Shown here piece after piece: positions 7,782-15,504 of a stretch of 15,504 bases of DNA. A program made the translations under genes and the position numbers. The DNA comes from Candidatus Sulfobium sp. (GTDB lineage Bacteria; Nitrospirota; Thermodesulfovibrionia; Thermodesulfovibrionales; UBA6898): contig JARRRI010000071.1 in the NCBI GenBank assembly GCA_037380845.1, positions 1-15,504 on the forward strand. The letters are read 5' to 3'. How positions within the stretch are numbered: the stretch's first letter is position 1; each line of letters starts with the position of its first letter. The notes beneath the pieces are model-generated. The model did no database searches. It saw only the letters and a program-made list of their open reading frames with translations, and was not told the origin of the DNA.

Positions 7782-8537
7782 GTGTGTGTCGGCCTGATAA
7801 CGGCTGTGCCTTCGGAGGGCTTTTACTTTGCAAAAAGACTGAGGGAGGTCAGGACATCCCCGGGCTTCCGCCCTTCGTTTTACAGAGGAAAGTTGGAGGG
7901 GAAGGAAGTAATCTATTCCGTCTCGGGGATGGGAAAGACCAACGCTGCCCATGCTGCCACCGTCCTTATACGGGACTATTCGCCGGAACTTCTGATAAAT
8001 TTTGGTGCCGGAGGAGCTTACCCTTCGGCGGGACTGGCTGTCGGGGATGTTGCGGTGGCCGAGGCAGAAATCTATGGGGACGAAGGTGTTTTGGACAGTA
8101 AGGGTTTCCACGGAGCAGATTATATCGGCATCCCTCTTCTGGAGAGAGGCAGAAAAAAGTTCTACAACGAGTTTGCGCTCGAAGGAAGTCTGGCGGAAGC
8201 AGCGGTCCGGTCCGCCGGGAGGGCCATCGAGGAGATGGCGGGCTCGCCAAAGGTCAGGTCAGGCAGATTTGTGACCGTCTCAACCTGTACGGGTACGCGT
8301 AAAAGGGCTGCAGAAGTCCGGGAGTTGTGGGACGCCATTTGCGAGAATATGGAAGGAGCTGCAATAGCTCACATATGTGCACTTTACAAGATACCTTTTT
8401 TAGAGTTGAGAGGCGTCAGCAATATTGTCGAGGACAGAGATACCGGCAAATGGAATCTCAAACTAGCCTCCGAAAACTGCTGCAAGGCTGTCGTTCAGCT
8501 GCTGAAAGAGCTGGCAGACCGTTCTACAGGTCAGTAA
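7782..8537 (+). CDS. mqnB: Futalosine hydrolase (PNP/UDP phosphorylase fold)
   Basis: [52 protein letters not shown]...W; near mqnD; GTG start. Confidence 0.88.
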   Translation: MCVGLITAVPSEGFYFAKRLREVRTSPGFRPSFYRGKLEGKEVIYSVSGMGKTNAAHAATVLIRDYSPELLINFGAGGAYPSAGLAVGDVAVAEAEIYGDEGVLDSKGFHGADYIGIPLLERGRKKFYNEFALEGSLAEAAVRSAGRAIEEMAGSPKVRSGRFVTVSTCTGTRKRAAEVRELWDAICENMEGAAIAHICALYKIPFLELRGVSNIVEDRDTGKWNLKLASENCCKAVVQLLKELADRSTGQ

Positions 8538-8603
8538 GTGTCGCTGCAAGAATTTTTCGACGCCCCTTCCGCGCTTTCCGAATAGTTTTTTGCAACTGCA
8601 ACG

Positions 8604-8632
8604 TTTATTTATTCCCCCGTGATATTTATACT
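8604..8632 (+). promoter_or_regulatory. Candidate sigma70 promoter for the Zn-ribbon gene and mqnD
   Basis: TTTATT-N17-TATACT in an AT-rich tract. Confidence 0.35.
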
Positions 8633-8670
8633 ATTATTAGAGGCTCTTAAGAGTCTTCACTTATCCGGAC

Positions 8671-8790
8671 GTCATTTCCGCAAGGTTTAGAAGCCTTTGG
8701 CTGTGCCGGAGGCGACCAGGGGCGGAAATCTACTTTAGCCGGACAGGATGCCTGCCGGCAGGCAGGCCCTGACAAGTCCGCGGGCATGAC
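8671..8790. repeat. Composite REPIN-like palindromic element with nested hairpins
   Basis: GTCATTTCCGC...GCGGAAATC left arm, GATG...CCC...GCGGGCATGAC right arm, internal GCCTTTGGC-TGT-GCCGGAGGC hairpin, and CCTGCCGGCAGGCAGG (8751-8766). Confidence 0.7.
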
Positions 8791-8858
8791 AGAGAAAGAA
8801 ATCGACGAAAGGGCACCCTGGTAAGAGATAATCAGCAGATAAGGAACGTGGGAAACCG

Positions 8859-9068
8859 ATGAGCGACTCAATTTATATTTATAGCTCGGACAAAGGATTC
8901 GGGGAGTTCTTCTGGAATTTATGCCCGGTGTGCGGCAACGCCTCTGTCAAAACCACCTTCTGGGAAGGCGGGACTGTCGAACACGGCGAGTGCCTCGTAT
9001 GCCTGAGGATGTCGGAGATAATGGAACTGGAAGAATTGTACTCCAGGGGCCCGGAGGAACGAGGATGA
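8859..9068 (+). CDS. Small hypothetical protein with CxxC...CxxC (zinc-ribbon-like), 69 aa
   Basis: CPVC and CLVC pairs; stop overlaps the mqnD start (ATGA, 9065-9068). Confidence 0.7.
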   Translation: MSDSIYIYSSDKGFGEFFWNLCPVCGNASVKTTFWEGGTVEHGECLVCLRMSEIMELEELYSRGPEERG

Positions 9069-9886
9069 AGACCATATCGCTCGGATATTCTCCCTGCCCG
9101 AATGACACATTTATCTTTTACGGCCTTGTCCATAGGGCGGTTGACACAGAAGACATTGTTTTCAATGAAATTCTCGATGATGTGGAAACCCTCAACCGGA
9201 AGGCACTGGAAGGGGCACTCGATATGACAAAGGTCTCTTACCACGCCTTCGGCCATCTGAGAGACAAATATTACCTGCTTCGGTCGGGCGGCGCTCTCGG
9301 CAAGGGCTGCGGTCCCCTGGTGGTCGCCCGTGAAGAGTGCACTATGGAACAGTTGAGGGACAGAAAAATCGCCGTACCGGGGTTGCTGACGACAGCCTTT
9401 CTTCTCCTGCAGATATTTGATCCCTCACTGAAAACCCGGGCTGTTGCAATGCCTTTTGACCGGATAATAGATGCCGTTGAAAGCGGGGCAGCAGACGCCG
9501 GCCTGATCATTCATGAGAGCCGTTTCACGTATCAAAGGGCGGGCCTGAAGAAGGTTATGGACCTCGGCGAATGGTGGGAAGAGGAAACCGGCCTCCTCAT
9601 TCCTCTGGGGGGCATTCTTGCCCGGAAGGACCTGGGCGGAGCCCTCGTTGACAAGATAGACGGCATGCTGAAAAAGAGCATCGAATACTCTTTTTCCCAC
9701 AGGGAGGAAACCAGGTCATATATCAGGAGGCACGCCCGGGAACTAGAAGATGATGTCATGGAGCAGCATATCGGCCTCTATGTGAACGATTATTCGCTCG
9801 ATATCGGCGACTTGGGTGAAGAGTCCGTTGAGGAACTCCTGAGAAGGGCTGAATCAAGGGGAATAATCGGGAAATCGACCTACTGA
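9065..9886 (+). CDS. mqnD: 1,4-dihydroxy-6-naphthoate synthase
   Basis: LGYSPCPNDTFIF, DVETLN, GGALGKGCGP, IIHESRFTY, DLGEWWE, PLGGI, HIGLYVN. Start at ATG 9065. Confidence 0.95.
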   Translation: MKTISLGYSPCPNDTFIFYGLVHRAVDTEDIVFNEILDDVETLNRKALEGALDMTKVSYHAFGHLRDKYYLLRSGGALGKGCGPLVVAREECTMEQLRDRKIAVPGLLTTAFLLLQIFDPSLKTRAVAMPFDRIIDAVESGAADAGLIIHESRFTYQRAGLKKVMDLGEWWEEETGLLIPLGGILARKDLGGALVDKIDGMLKKSIEYSFSHREETRSYIRRHARELEDDVMEQHIGLYVNDYSLDIGDLGEESVEELLRRAESRGIIGKSTY

Positions 9887-9887
9887 T

Positions 9888-9967
9888 CGGGAATGACGAA
9901 CCCGTAAGGCATGTCCATTATTCAACATTAGAGTAAAATTGTTCAAGGTTCTTTGTTGTCATTCCCG
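9888..9967. repeat. Outward-facing REP-like half sites (10-bp perfect inverted repeat)
   Basis: CGGGAATGAC (9888-9897) and GTCATTCCCG (9958-9967) flank an AT-rich 60-nt spacer. Confidence 0.55.
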
Positions 9968-10003
9968 CGCAGGAAGAAACGGGGAACTCCTGCGGAGGTT
10001 TGC

Positions 10004-10033
10004 TTGACAATCCCCGATTTCACGGATTATACT
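10004..10033 (+). promoter_or_regulatory. sigma70 promoter of the rpmH operon
   Basis: TTGACA (10004-10009), 18-nt spacer, TATACT (10028-10033), about 20 nt before the rpmH ATG. Confidence 0.75.
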
Positions 10034-10052
10034 TTTTGCTCAGGTAAAAATT

Positions 10053-10193
10053 ATGGGAACTTATACTACATTCCACCCACACAAGAGAAAGAAAAAGAGG
10101 ACGCACGGTTTTCTCGAAAGAATGAGCACCGTTGGCGGACGCAATATCATCAAGAGGAGAAGGAAAAAGGGACGGAAAAGACTGAGCGCCTGA
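10053..10193 (+). CDS. rpmH: 50S ribosomal protein L34
   Basis: Manual translation [46 protein letters not shown] (46 aa) carries the L34 signature; not in the ORF track. Confidence 0.97.
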   Translation: MGTYTTFHPHKRKKKRTHGFLERMSTVGGRNIIKRRRKKGRKRLSA

Positions 10194-10561
10194 ACAGCGG
10201 GAAAACGCTGTATCCTCTTAGCAGACGAGGGGATTTCAAAAAAGTCTTTGAATCCGGTCCCAAATTTTCTTCAAAATATCTTGTAGTATATGCGAGGCCC
10301 AATGGTCTCCCTTTCAGCAGGCTCGGACTTTCCGTCAGCAAAAAAATCGGCAAGGCTGTTGTAAGGAACAGGATAAGGCGACTCCTGAGAGAGGCCTTAA
10401 GAAAACATTTAATGGAAAAATCTGTTCGTTACGATTTTGTGCTTGTGGCCAGGAGCTCTTCCGTTCAGGCCTCTTTCGCGGACTTCAGCAGGGAGATGTC
10501 AAGGGTCTTTGCAGATCTCGGCAATGAAAAAGATATTGATAGCAATAATAAGGTTGTATAA
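10190..10561 (+). CDS. rnpA: Ribonuclease P protein component (start uncertain, probably CTG)
   Basis: [25 protein letters not shown] (RNR motif); located between rpmH and yidD. CTG 10190 overlaps the rpmH TGA. Confidence 0.93.
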   Translation: MNSGKTLYPLSRRGDFKKVFESGPKFSSKYLVVYARPNGLPFSRLGLSVSKKIGKAVVRNRIRRLLREALRKHLMEKSVRYDFVLVARSSSVQASFADFSREMSRVFADLGNEKDIDSNNKVV

Positions 10562-10733
10562 ATACCTCATATCCCCCGTCCTGCCGGGAAGCTGCAGGTT
10601 TTTCCCTACCTGCTCGGATTATTCCATAGATGCACTGTCGAAATACGGTGTAATCAAAGGATCATACCTTTCAGTGCGGCGCATATTGAAATGCCATCCC
10701 TTTCACCCCGGCGGGTTCGATCCCGTTAAATAG
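10524..10733 (+). CDS. yidD: Membrane protein insertion efficiency factor YidD
   Basis: YKYLISP...[10 protein letters not shown]...[20 protein letters not shown] 10524. Confidence 0.96.
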   Translation: MKKILIAIIRLYKYLISPVLPGSCRFFPTCSDYSIDALSKYGVIKGSYLSVRRILKCHPFHPGGFDPVK

Positions 10734-10735
10734 CC

Positions 10736-12268
10736 ATGGATAACAAAACCCTCCTCGCCATAGTCCTGTCCATAGCAGTCATCATAGGATACCAGTACTT
10801 CGCGGCAAGGCAGCAACCGCCTGTGCCGCAGAAAGAGGCGCAGCAAACTGCACAGGAGGCAGTGAAAAAGGAAGAAGCGGCGAAGCCCGCTCCTCCGCCT
10901 CCCGTGAAGGCATTGCCGGCCGCGCCGGCGGAAGAAAAGGCGGTCAGGGTTGAGACCGGACTTTATTCCGCTGTCCTTTCTTCTAACGGAGCTACCATAA
11001 GGTTCTGGGAGATGAAGGATTATCACGACAAGGCTGGCAAACCGGTAATCCTTCTTCAAAAACCGGGGGTAGTGCCGGCTATGGCGATCGGGGCAAACAC
11101 CGATTTCGATCTCTCTCATGCCAATTTCAGAGTGTCGGGCGGGGACCTCAGACTGGATGAACACAACAGGACCGGGAGCATTGTATTTGAATATGCCGGA
11201 AGCGGCGTCTCAGTAAAGAGGACCTATACGTTCCATGCCGATAAGTACACTGTTGACATAACCGACCAGGTCTCCGGGTTGCCCAACTACTGGATTACCG
11301 TCGGTTCAGACTTCGGCATCGTCGACAAGGAGGCGAGCTATGCCCACGTCGGTCCCGTCCTTCTCCAGGGTACGGACCTCGATGAACTGAAGGCCAAGAA
11401 GCTGAAGGAACCGAAGACCTATAAAGGCGACCTGAGATGGATCGCCCAGGAAGATAAATATTTCTGTGCCGCCCTGGTGCCGGAAACGAAGGTGCAGGAG
11501 GCGCGGGCCTGGCTGGACAAGGATTCCCCCGTAATCGCCTTCGAGGGCAACAAGTCCGTGAACAAGTTCCATCTCTACGCAGGGCCGAAGGTACAGGAAA
11601 GACTTGAAGAATTAGGTCTCCAGGACATAATCAATTACGGCTTTTTTTCCGTTATCGCCCGGCCCCTGTTCTGGATCCTGAAGTTCTTCTACGGCTTCCT
11701 CGGCAATTACGGATGGGCGATCATCCTTCTCACGCTCGTTGTGAGGATACCCTTCCTTCCGCTGGTGAGCAAGGGCCAGAAATCAATGAAGAAACTGCAG
11801 GACCTCCAGCCGAAGATGAACGAAATAAAGGAAAAGTACAAGAAAGACCCGCAGAAGATGCAGAAGGAGATGATGGAGCTTTACAAAAAGCACAAGGTCA
11901 ACCCGATGGGAGGATGTCTTCCCATGGTAGCCCAGATACCGGTCTTTTTCGCGCTTTACAAGGTACTTCTGATATCCATCGAACTCAGGGGAGCGCCTTT
12001 CATGCTCTGGATCACCGACCTTTCGGCAAAAGACCCTTATTACATACTTCCGGTTGTTATGGGAATTTCGATGGTCATCCAGCAGAAGATGACTCCTTCG
12101 AGCATGGACCCGAAACAGCAAAAAATGATGATGCTCATGCCGGTGGTTTTCACTTTTATGTTCCTGAACTTCGCTTCGGGCCTGGTGCTTTACTGGCTCG
12201 TCAACAACCTGCTCAGTATCATCCAGCAGATATTCATAAACAAAAAGGTCGCAAAGCAGAAGGCTTAG
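10736..12268 (+). CDS. yidC: Membrane protein insertase YidC
   Basis: N-terminal TM, periplasmic domain, YAGPK, GNYGWAIILLT, NPMGGCLP, QIPVFFALY, WITDLS..DPYYILP, GLVLYW. Confidence 0.98.
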   Translation: MDNKTLLAIVLSIAVIIGYQYFAARQQPPVPQKEAQQTAQEAVKKEEAAKPAPPPPVKALPAAPAEEKAVRVETGLYSAVLSSNGATIRFWEMKDYHDKAGKPVILLQKPGVVPAMAIGANTDFDLSHANFRVSGGDLRLDEHNRTGSIVFEYAGSGVSVKRTYTFHADKYTVDITDQVSGLPNYWITVGSDFGIVDKEASYAHVGPVLLQGTDLDELKAKKLKEPKTYKGDLRWIAQEDKYFCAALVPETKVQEARAWLDKDSPVIAFEGNKSVNKFHLYAGPKVQERLEELGLQDIINYGFFSVIARPLFWILKFFYGFLGNYGWAIILLTLVVRIPFLPLVSKGQKSMKKLQDLQPKMNEIKEKYKKDPQKMQKEMMELYKKHKVNPMGGCLPMVAQIPVFFALYKVLLISIELRGAPFMLWITDLSAKDPYYILPVVMGISMVIQQKMTPSSMDPKQQKMMMLMPVVFTFMFLNFASGLVLYWLVNNLLSIIQQIFINKKVAKQKA

Positions 12269-12336
12269 CACTGTTATCTCATCTGCCCCGATCCGTTCGC
12301 TGAATCCGCATATAAGTTAATATATCCATACAGGAC

Positions 12337-13719
12337 ATGTACCATCTCGATGACACGATAGCAGCCATATCCACACCCGTGGGGCAGGGAGGGATCGGTA
12401 TTGTGCGCATGAGCGGGCCGTCCGCTGTGGCGATAGCCGACCGGGTTTTTCTTTCTCACAAAGGAGACCGTCCTGGTGCTGCAAAGTCTCATTCTCTCCT
12501 GTACGGCCATGCAATAGACCCTTCGGACGGCAGCACCATCGATGAGGTGCTGGTCTCGGTAATGCGGGCGCCTTGCTCCTATACGAGGGAAGACGTGGTG
12601 GAATTCAACTGCCACGGCGGGGCGGCGCCGGTGCGGGTGCTGCTTGAACTCGTGCTCGCACAGGGGGCACGGATCGCAGGTCCCGGGGAATTTACAAAAA
12701 GGGCCTTTCTCAACGGCAGGATAAGTCTGGCCCAGGCGGAGGCTGTAATGGATCTGATTTCCGCGCGGACTGAGGAGGGCTTGAGGGTTGCTGTTGAGCA
12801 GCTGAGGGGAGGACTGTCGGAGAGACTTTCCATCATCAGGGGATCTCTCGTTGAACTCTGCGCTTTTGCTGAAGCACATATTGATTTTCCGGAAGAAGAG
12901 ATCGGGACGGAAGGCTCTGAACGCATAAGTAGAGAACTACTGGATATCAGGCAAAGACTGGAAGGGCTTTCGGCCACGTTCCGGGAGGCACATTTTTTTC
13001 GCGAGGGCCTGGCGGTGGCGATCGTAGGGAAACCGAACGTCGGCAAGTCATCTCTCCTGAATGCGCTCCTTCAAAGAGACAGGGCTATCGTTGCCGAACT
13101 CCCCGGTACCACGAGGGACCTGATTGAGGACTATCTTAACATCAGGGGACTTCCGGTAAGGGTCCTGGACACAGCCGGCATCAGGAATGCTTCTGAAACG
13201 GTCGAAAGAGAAGGCGTGCGGAGGAGTGTCGATGCCATGGAAACGGCAGATTTCATAATCGCCGTATTTGACGGCAGCCGTCCGGCGGAGGAAGAAGACC
13301 TGGAAATCATGGGAAGGATCAAAGGGAAAAACGCGGTGATTGCCGTAAACAAATCCGACCTGCCGGGAAAGTTCCGGCTTGAAGACAGGGAGGCCGGGGA
13401 AGGACAATATCTGCATATCTCGGCCCTCACCGGGCAGGGGCTCGAAGAGCTGAAGTCTGCAATATTCGAATCGGCCATCGGGGGCCCGCCCCGGGAACAC
13501 GACGGGATAGTGGTGAGCAACATCAGGCACAAGCTGGCATTGGACAGGGCCTGTACCGCTATTCAAAAGGCATCGGACGTCATGGTCCGGGGTATGCCAC
13601 TCGAAATATTTTCAATCGAACTGAGGGAGGCCATGGACAGCATCGGCGAGATCACGGGCGCAGTTACCACGGAGGAGATACTGGACAGGATATTCTCGGA
13701 TTTTTGTATAGGGAAATAG
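12337..13719 (+). CDS. mnmE: tRNA modification GTPase MnmE (TrmE)
   Basis: DTIAAISTP, GKPNVGKSSLLN, GTTRD, DTAGIR, NKSD, C-terminal FCIGK. Confidence 0.98.
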   Translation: MYHLDDTIAAISTPVGQGGIGIVRMSGPSAVAIADRVFLSHKGDRPGAAKSHSLLYGHAIDPSDGSTIDEVLVSVMRAPCSYTREDVVEFNCHGGAAPVRVLLELVLAQGARIAGPGEFTKRAFLNGRISLAQAEAVMDLISARTEEGLRVAVEQLRGGLSERLSIIRGSLVELCAFAEAHIDFPEEEIGTEGSERISRELLDIRQRLEGLSATFREAHFFREGLAVAIVGKPNVGKSSLLNALLQRDRAIVAELPGTTRDLIEDYLNIRGLPVRVLDTAGIRNASETVEREGVRRSVDAMETADFIIAVFDGSRPAEEEDLEIMGRIKGKNAVIAVNKSDLPGKFRLEDREAGEGQYLHISALTGQGLEELKSAIFESAIGGPPREHDGIVVSNIRHKLALDRACTAIQKASDVMVRGMPLEIFSIELREAMDSIGEITGAVTTEEILDRIFSDFCIGK

Positions 13720-13720
13720 G

Positions 13721-13807
13721 CAGTGTCAGTGATTAGTGTCAGTGTCAGTTATCCGTGACAGTTTTTTGAAGACTGATTATCCTGGCAGACACTAATCACT
13801 GACACTG
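13721..13807. repeat. 20-bp perfect inverted repeat made of CAGTGT-like units; may also act as the mnmE terminator
   Basis: CAGTGTCAGTGATTAGTGTC (13721-13740) / GACACTAATCACTGACACTG (13788-13807), followed shortly by a T6 run. Confidence 0.8.
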
Positions 13808-13839
13808 AGACTGCATTTTTTAAAAACAGGAGGAAAAGC

Positions 13840-14034
13840 ATGGAATGTATTTCGGAAAAGAACAAGGCTGTGTGCAACTGCACGTACGACAGCTGCCCGC
13901 GGAAATTCAAGTGCTGCGAGTGCCTGCACTACCACCGGAGAAGCGGGGAACTCCCTGCCTGCTTCTTTAACAGTGAATATGAACGCACTTATGACCGTTC
14001 CATAGGCAATTTCATCCGGATGCACACCCGGTAG
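13840..14034 (+). CDS. Small Cys-rich protein, DUF6485-like
   Basis: CNCTY..CPRK..CCEC..YH....ELPACFF....ERTYDRS pattern; strong SD AGGAGG upstream. Confidence 0.82.
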   Translation: MECISEKNKAVCNCTYDSCPRKFKCCECLHYHRRSGELPACFFNSEYERTYDRSIGNFIRMHTR

Positions 14035-14039
14035 CGGCG

Positions 14040-15504
14040 GTGAATGCGAGTCCCTCAAAGATAGTCTATGTTATCGGACACAAGAACCCGGACACGGACT
14101 CCGTCTGCTCGGCGATCGGTTACGGTCATTTCAAGAACCTGACGGACAAAAGGTTCCTTTTCTTCCCGGCCAGGGCGGGTAAGATCAATGAAGAAACACG
14201 GTTCGTATTGGAGAGGTTTGGGGTACCGGTCCCCAACGAGATAGAAAGCCTGGCGGCGACCGTAAGCGACCTGGAACTTAAAAGGCCCATATGCGTTCGC
14301 ACTGGTGATTCTGTCCAGGCGCTGGTACGCCTTATGCGTGAAACGGGTGTCAGGACCGTGCCGGTTGTCGACGGAACCGGACGCCTGGCAGGGATCTCCG
14401 GCCTCAAGGACGTTGCCAGCCACTATATGGAGAGCGTCGGCTTTTCCGACCTCGGCCGGGCACCCATAGACCTCAATATCCTGGTGCGCACTCTTGAAGG
14501 ACGGGTCGTAAGCAACACGGGAAAGGTGGAGTTTCTGACCGGCAGGGTCTACGTCGCATCGATGCAGAAAGGAACAATCCTCAACAAGGCACGCCCGGGT
14601 GAGGTAGTGGTCATCGGAGACCAGCACGATATCCAGGCGGAACTTATCCAGATGGGCTGCGGCGCCCTGATCGTGGTTGACGGGATGCCGGTCGGCGGCG
14701 ACGTGATCCGGGCGGCCGAAGCACATGGCACGTTGCTTTTGTCATCTCCCCAGCCGGCCTTTGCGACCGTCCAGTTGATGACGATGTCCGAGCCCGTGGA
14801 GGCCATTATGGATACTGAAAGTCCTATCGTGAGCCTCTACACCCCCGTATCTGAGTTGAGGAAGAAAATAGTCGAATCAGAGTATCGTTCGGCCGTTGTG
14901 ACGGACAGCGAAAACAGGGTGATAGGGTTTGTTACCAGAACCGACCTTCTCAGTCCGGTGAGGAAGCGGGCCATACTGGTGGACCATAATGAGATTTCCC
15001 AGGCGGTCGACAACGTCGAGGAGGCTGAGATCATAGAGATTATCGACCACCACCGGGTGGGGGATATCTCCACGGTGGCGCCCATCTATGTGTACAACGA
15101 TCCGGTCGGCAGTACCTGCACCGTGGTGGCCGGAATGATGTTCCTTCACCAGGTGAAGATCCCACCCGAGATAGCCGGGCTTCTCCTTTCAGGGATCCTT
15201 TCGGATACCCTGATACTCACCCTTTCCACGACTACGCAGCGAGACCGCGAAGCAGCAGGGCGTCTCGCCGGACTGGCAGGGGTGTCGATTGAGGAATACG
15301 GGAGGGAACTCCTGCGGGCAAGCATAAACATCCAGGGCAAGACTGCCTCCGAGCTCATCGGCGCCGACTTCAAGGAATTTCTGATTGCGGATAAGAAACT
15401 CGGGGTGAGCCAGATGATGGTGCTGGACTGTGAAGACATAGACCTGAGGGAGGAAGAGCTCCTGGAGGAACTGGACCGCATAAGAAAGGCGAACGCGTAT
15501 GACC
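14040..15504 (+). CDS. ppaC: Mn-dependent family II inorganic pyrophosphatase with CBS-DRTGG-CBS insert (CBS-PPase), 3'-truncated by the window
   Basis: Manual translation from GTG 14040: VIGHKNPDTDSVCSAI, a long insert with two CBS-like repeats (VRTVPVVD..GRLAG; YRSAVVTD..NRVIGFVTRTDL) around a DRTGG-like domain, then LVDHNE, IIDHHR, PVGSTCT, ILSDT, DFKEF. Open to the window end. Confidence 0.93.
   Translation, partial: MNASPSKIVYVIGHKNPDTDSVCSAIGYGHFKNLTDKRFLFFPARAGKINEETRFVLERFGVPVPNEIESLAATVSDLELKRPICVRTGDSVQALVRLMRETGVRTVPVVDGTGRLAGISGLKDVASHYMESVGFSDLGRAPIDLNILVRTLEGRVVSNTGKVEFLTGRVYVASMQKGTILNKARPGEVVVIGDQHDIQAELIQMGCGALIVVDGMPVGGDVIRAAEAHGTLLLSSPQPAFATVQLMTMSEPVEAIMDTESPIVSLYTPVSELRKKIVESEYRSAVVTDSENRVIGFVTRTDLLSPVRKRAILVDHNEISQAVDNVEEAEIIEIIDHHRVGDISTVAPIYVYNDPVGSTCTVVAGMMFLHQVKIPPEIAGLLLSGILSDTLILTLSTTTQRDREAAGRLAGLAGVSIEEYGRELLRASINIQGKTASELIGADFKEFLIADKKLGVSQMMVLDCEDIDLREEELLEELDRIRKANAYD

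Noticed and set aside
7620..8111. 164-aa N-terminal extension of S2 in the ORF track (6843..8111)
   Set aside because: It overlaps the structured leader, the promoter and antisense mqnB. The canonical S2 N-terminus with GGAGG starts at 7619.
8640..8860. Known ncRNA or riboswitch (6S, SRP, RNase P RNA, SAM, TPP) upstream of mqnD
   Set aside because: No diagnostic motifs recognised; the structure is better explained by the dispersed palindromic repeat family.
8921..9064. N-terminal extension of MqnD
   Set aside because: It overlaps the Zn-ribbon ORF. MqnD homology starts at MKTISLGYSPCPND (ATG 9065, with SD).
12269..12380. Possible DnaA boxes/oriC near the yidC-mnmE junction (ATATCCATA, ATATCCACA)
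   Set aside because: Only one or two mismatched boxes, one inside the CDS; the gap is too short and no dnaA is nearby.
13721..13814. CRISPR-like repeats
   Set aside because: The units are 6-7 nt and inverted, with no direct repeat-spacer periodicity and no cas genes.
15201..15240. PPase motif SDTLILTLSTTT in place of the usual SDxLLFKSPT, suggesting inactivation
   Set aside because: The metal ligands (HxxPDxD, DH, DHH, the SD Asp) and the DxKxF Lys are all retained, so there is no good evidence of lost activity.

Overview
Mostly a core-genome bacterial window. Gene content and order suggest an anaerobe of the Nitrospirota/Desulfobacterota type (inference). In order: a frameshifted DUF4912-like gene end; a small 3-Cys protein-ccsA/HemX-like-hemA-hemC cluster (+); a translation operon rpsB-tsf-pyrH-frr-[hidden 46-aa ORF]-dksA (-) with an S2/t44-like leader; mqnB, a small Zn-ribbon gene and mqnD (futalosine menaquinone pathway, +); rpmH-rnpA-yidD-yidC-mnmE (+); a DUF6485-like Cys-rich protein; and a CBS/DRTGG family II pyrophosphatase running off the end. 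No transposase, CRISPR array, tRNA or rRNA was seen. The most notable observations are: (1) an unannotated small ORF that exactly fills the frr-dksA gap, in frame with frr; (2) an rnpA with no ATG/GTG/TTG start, whose frame is open across all of rpmH; (3) a family of nested GTCAT...ATGAC palindromic intergenic repeats; (4) several translationally coupled small Cys proteins. I cannot claim a large novel system; these are small hidden features with speculative functions.
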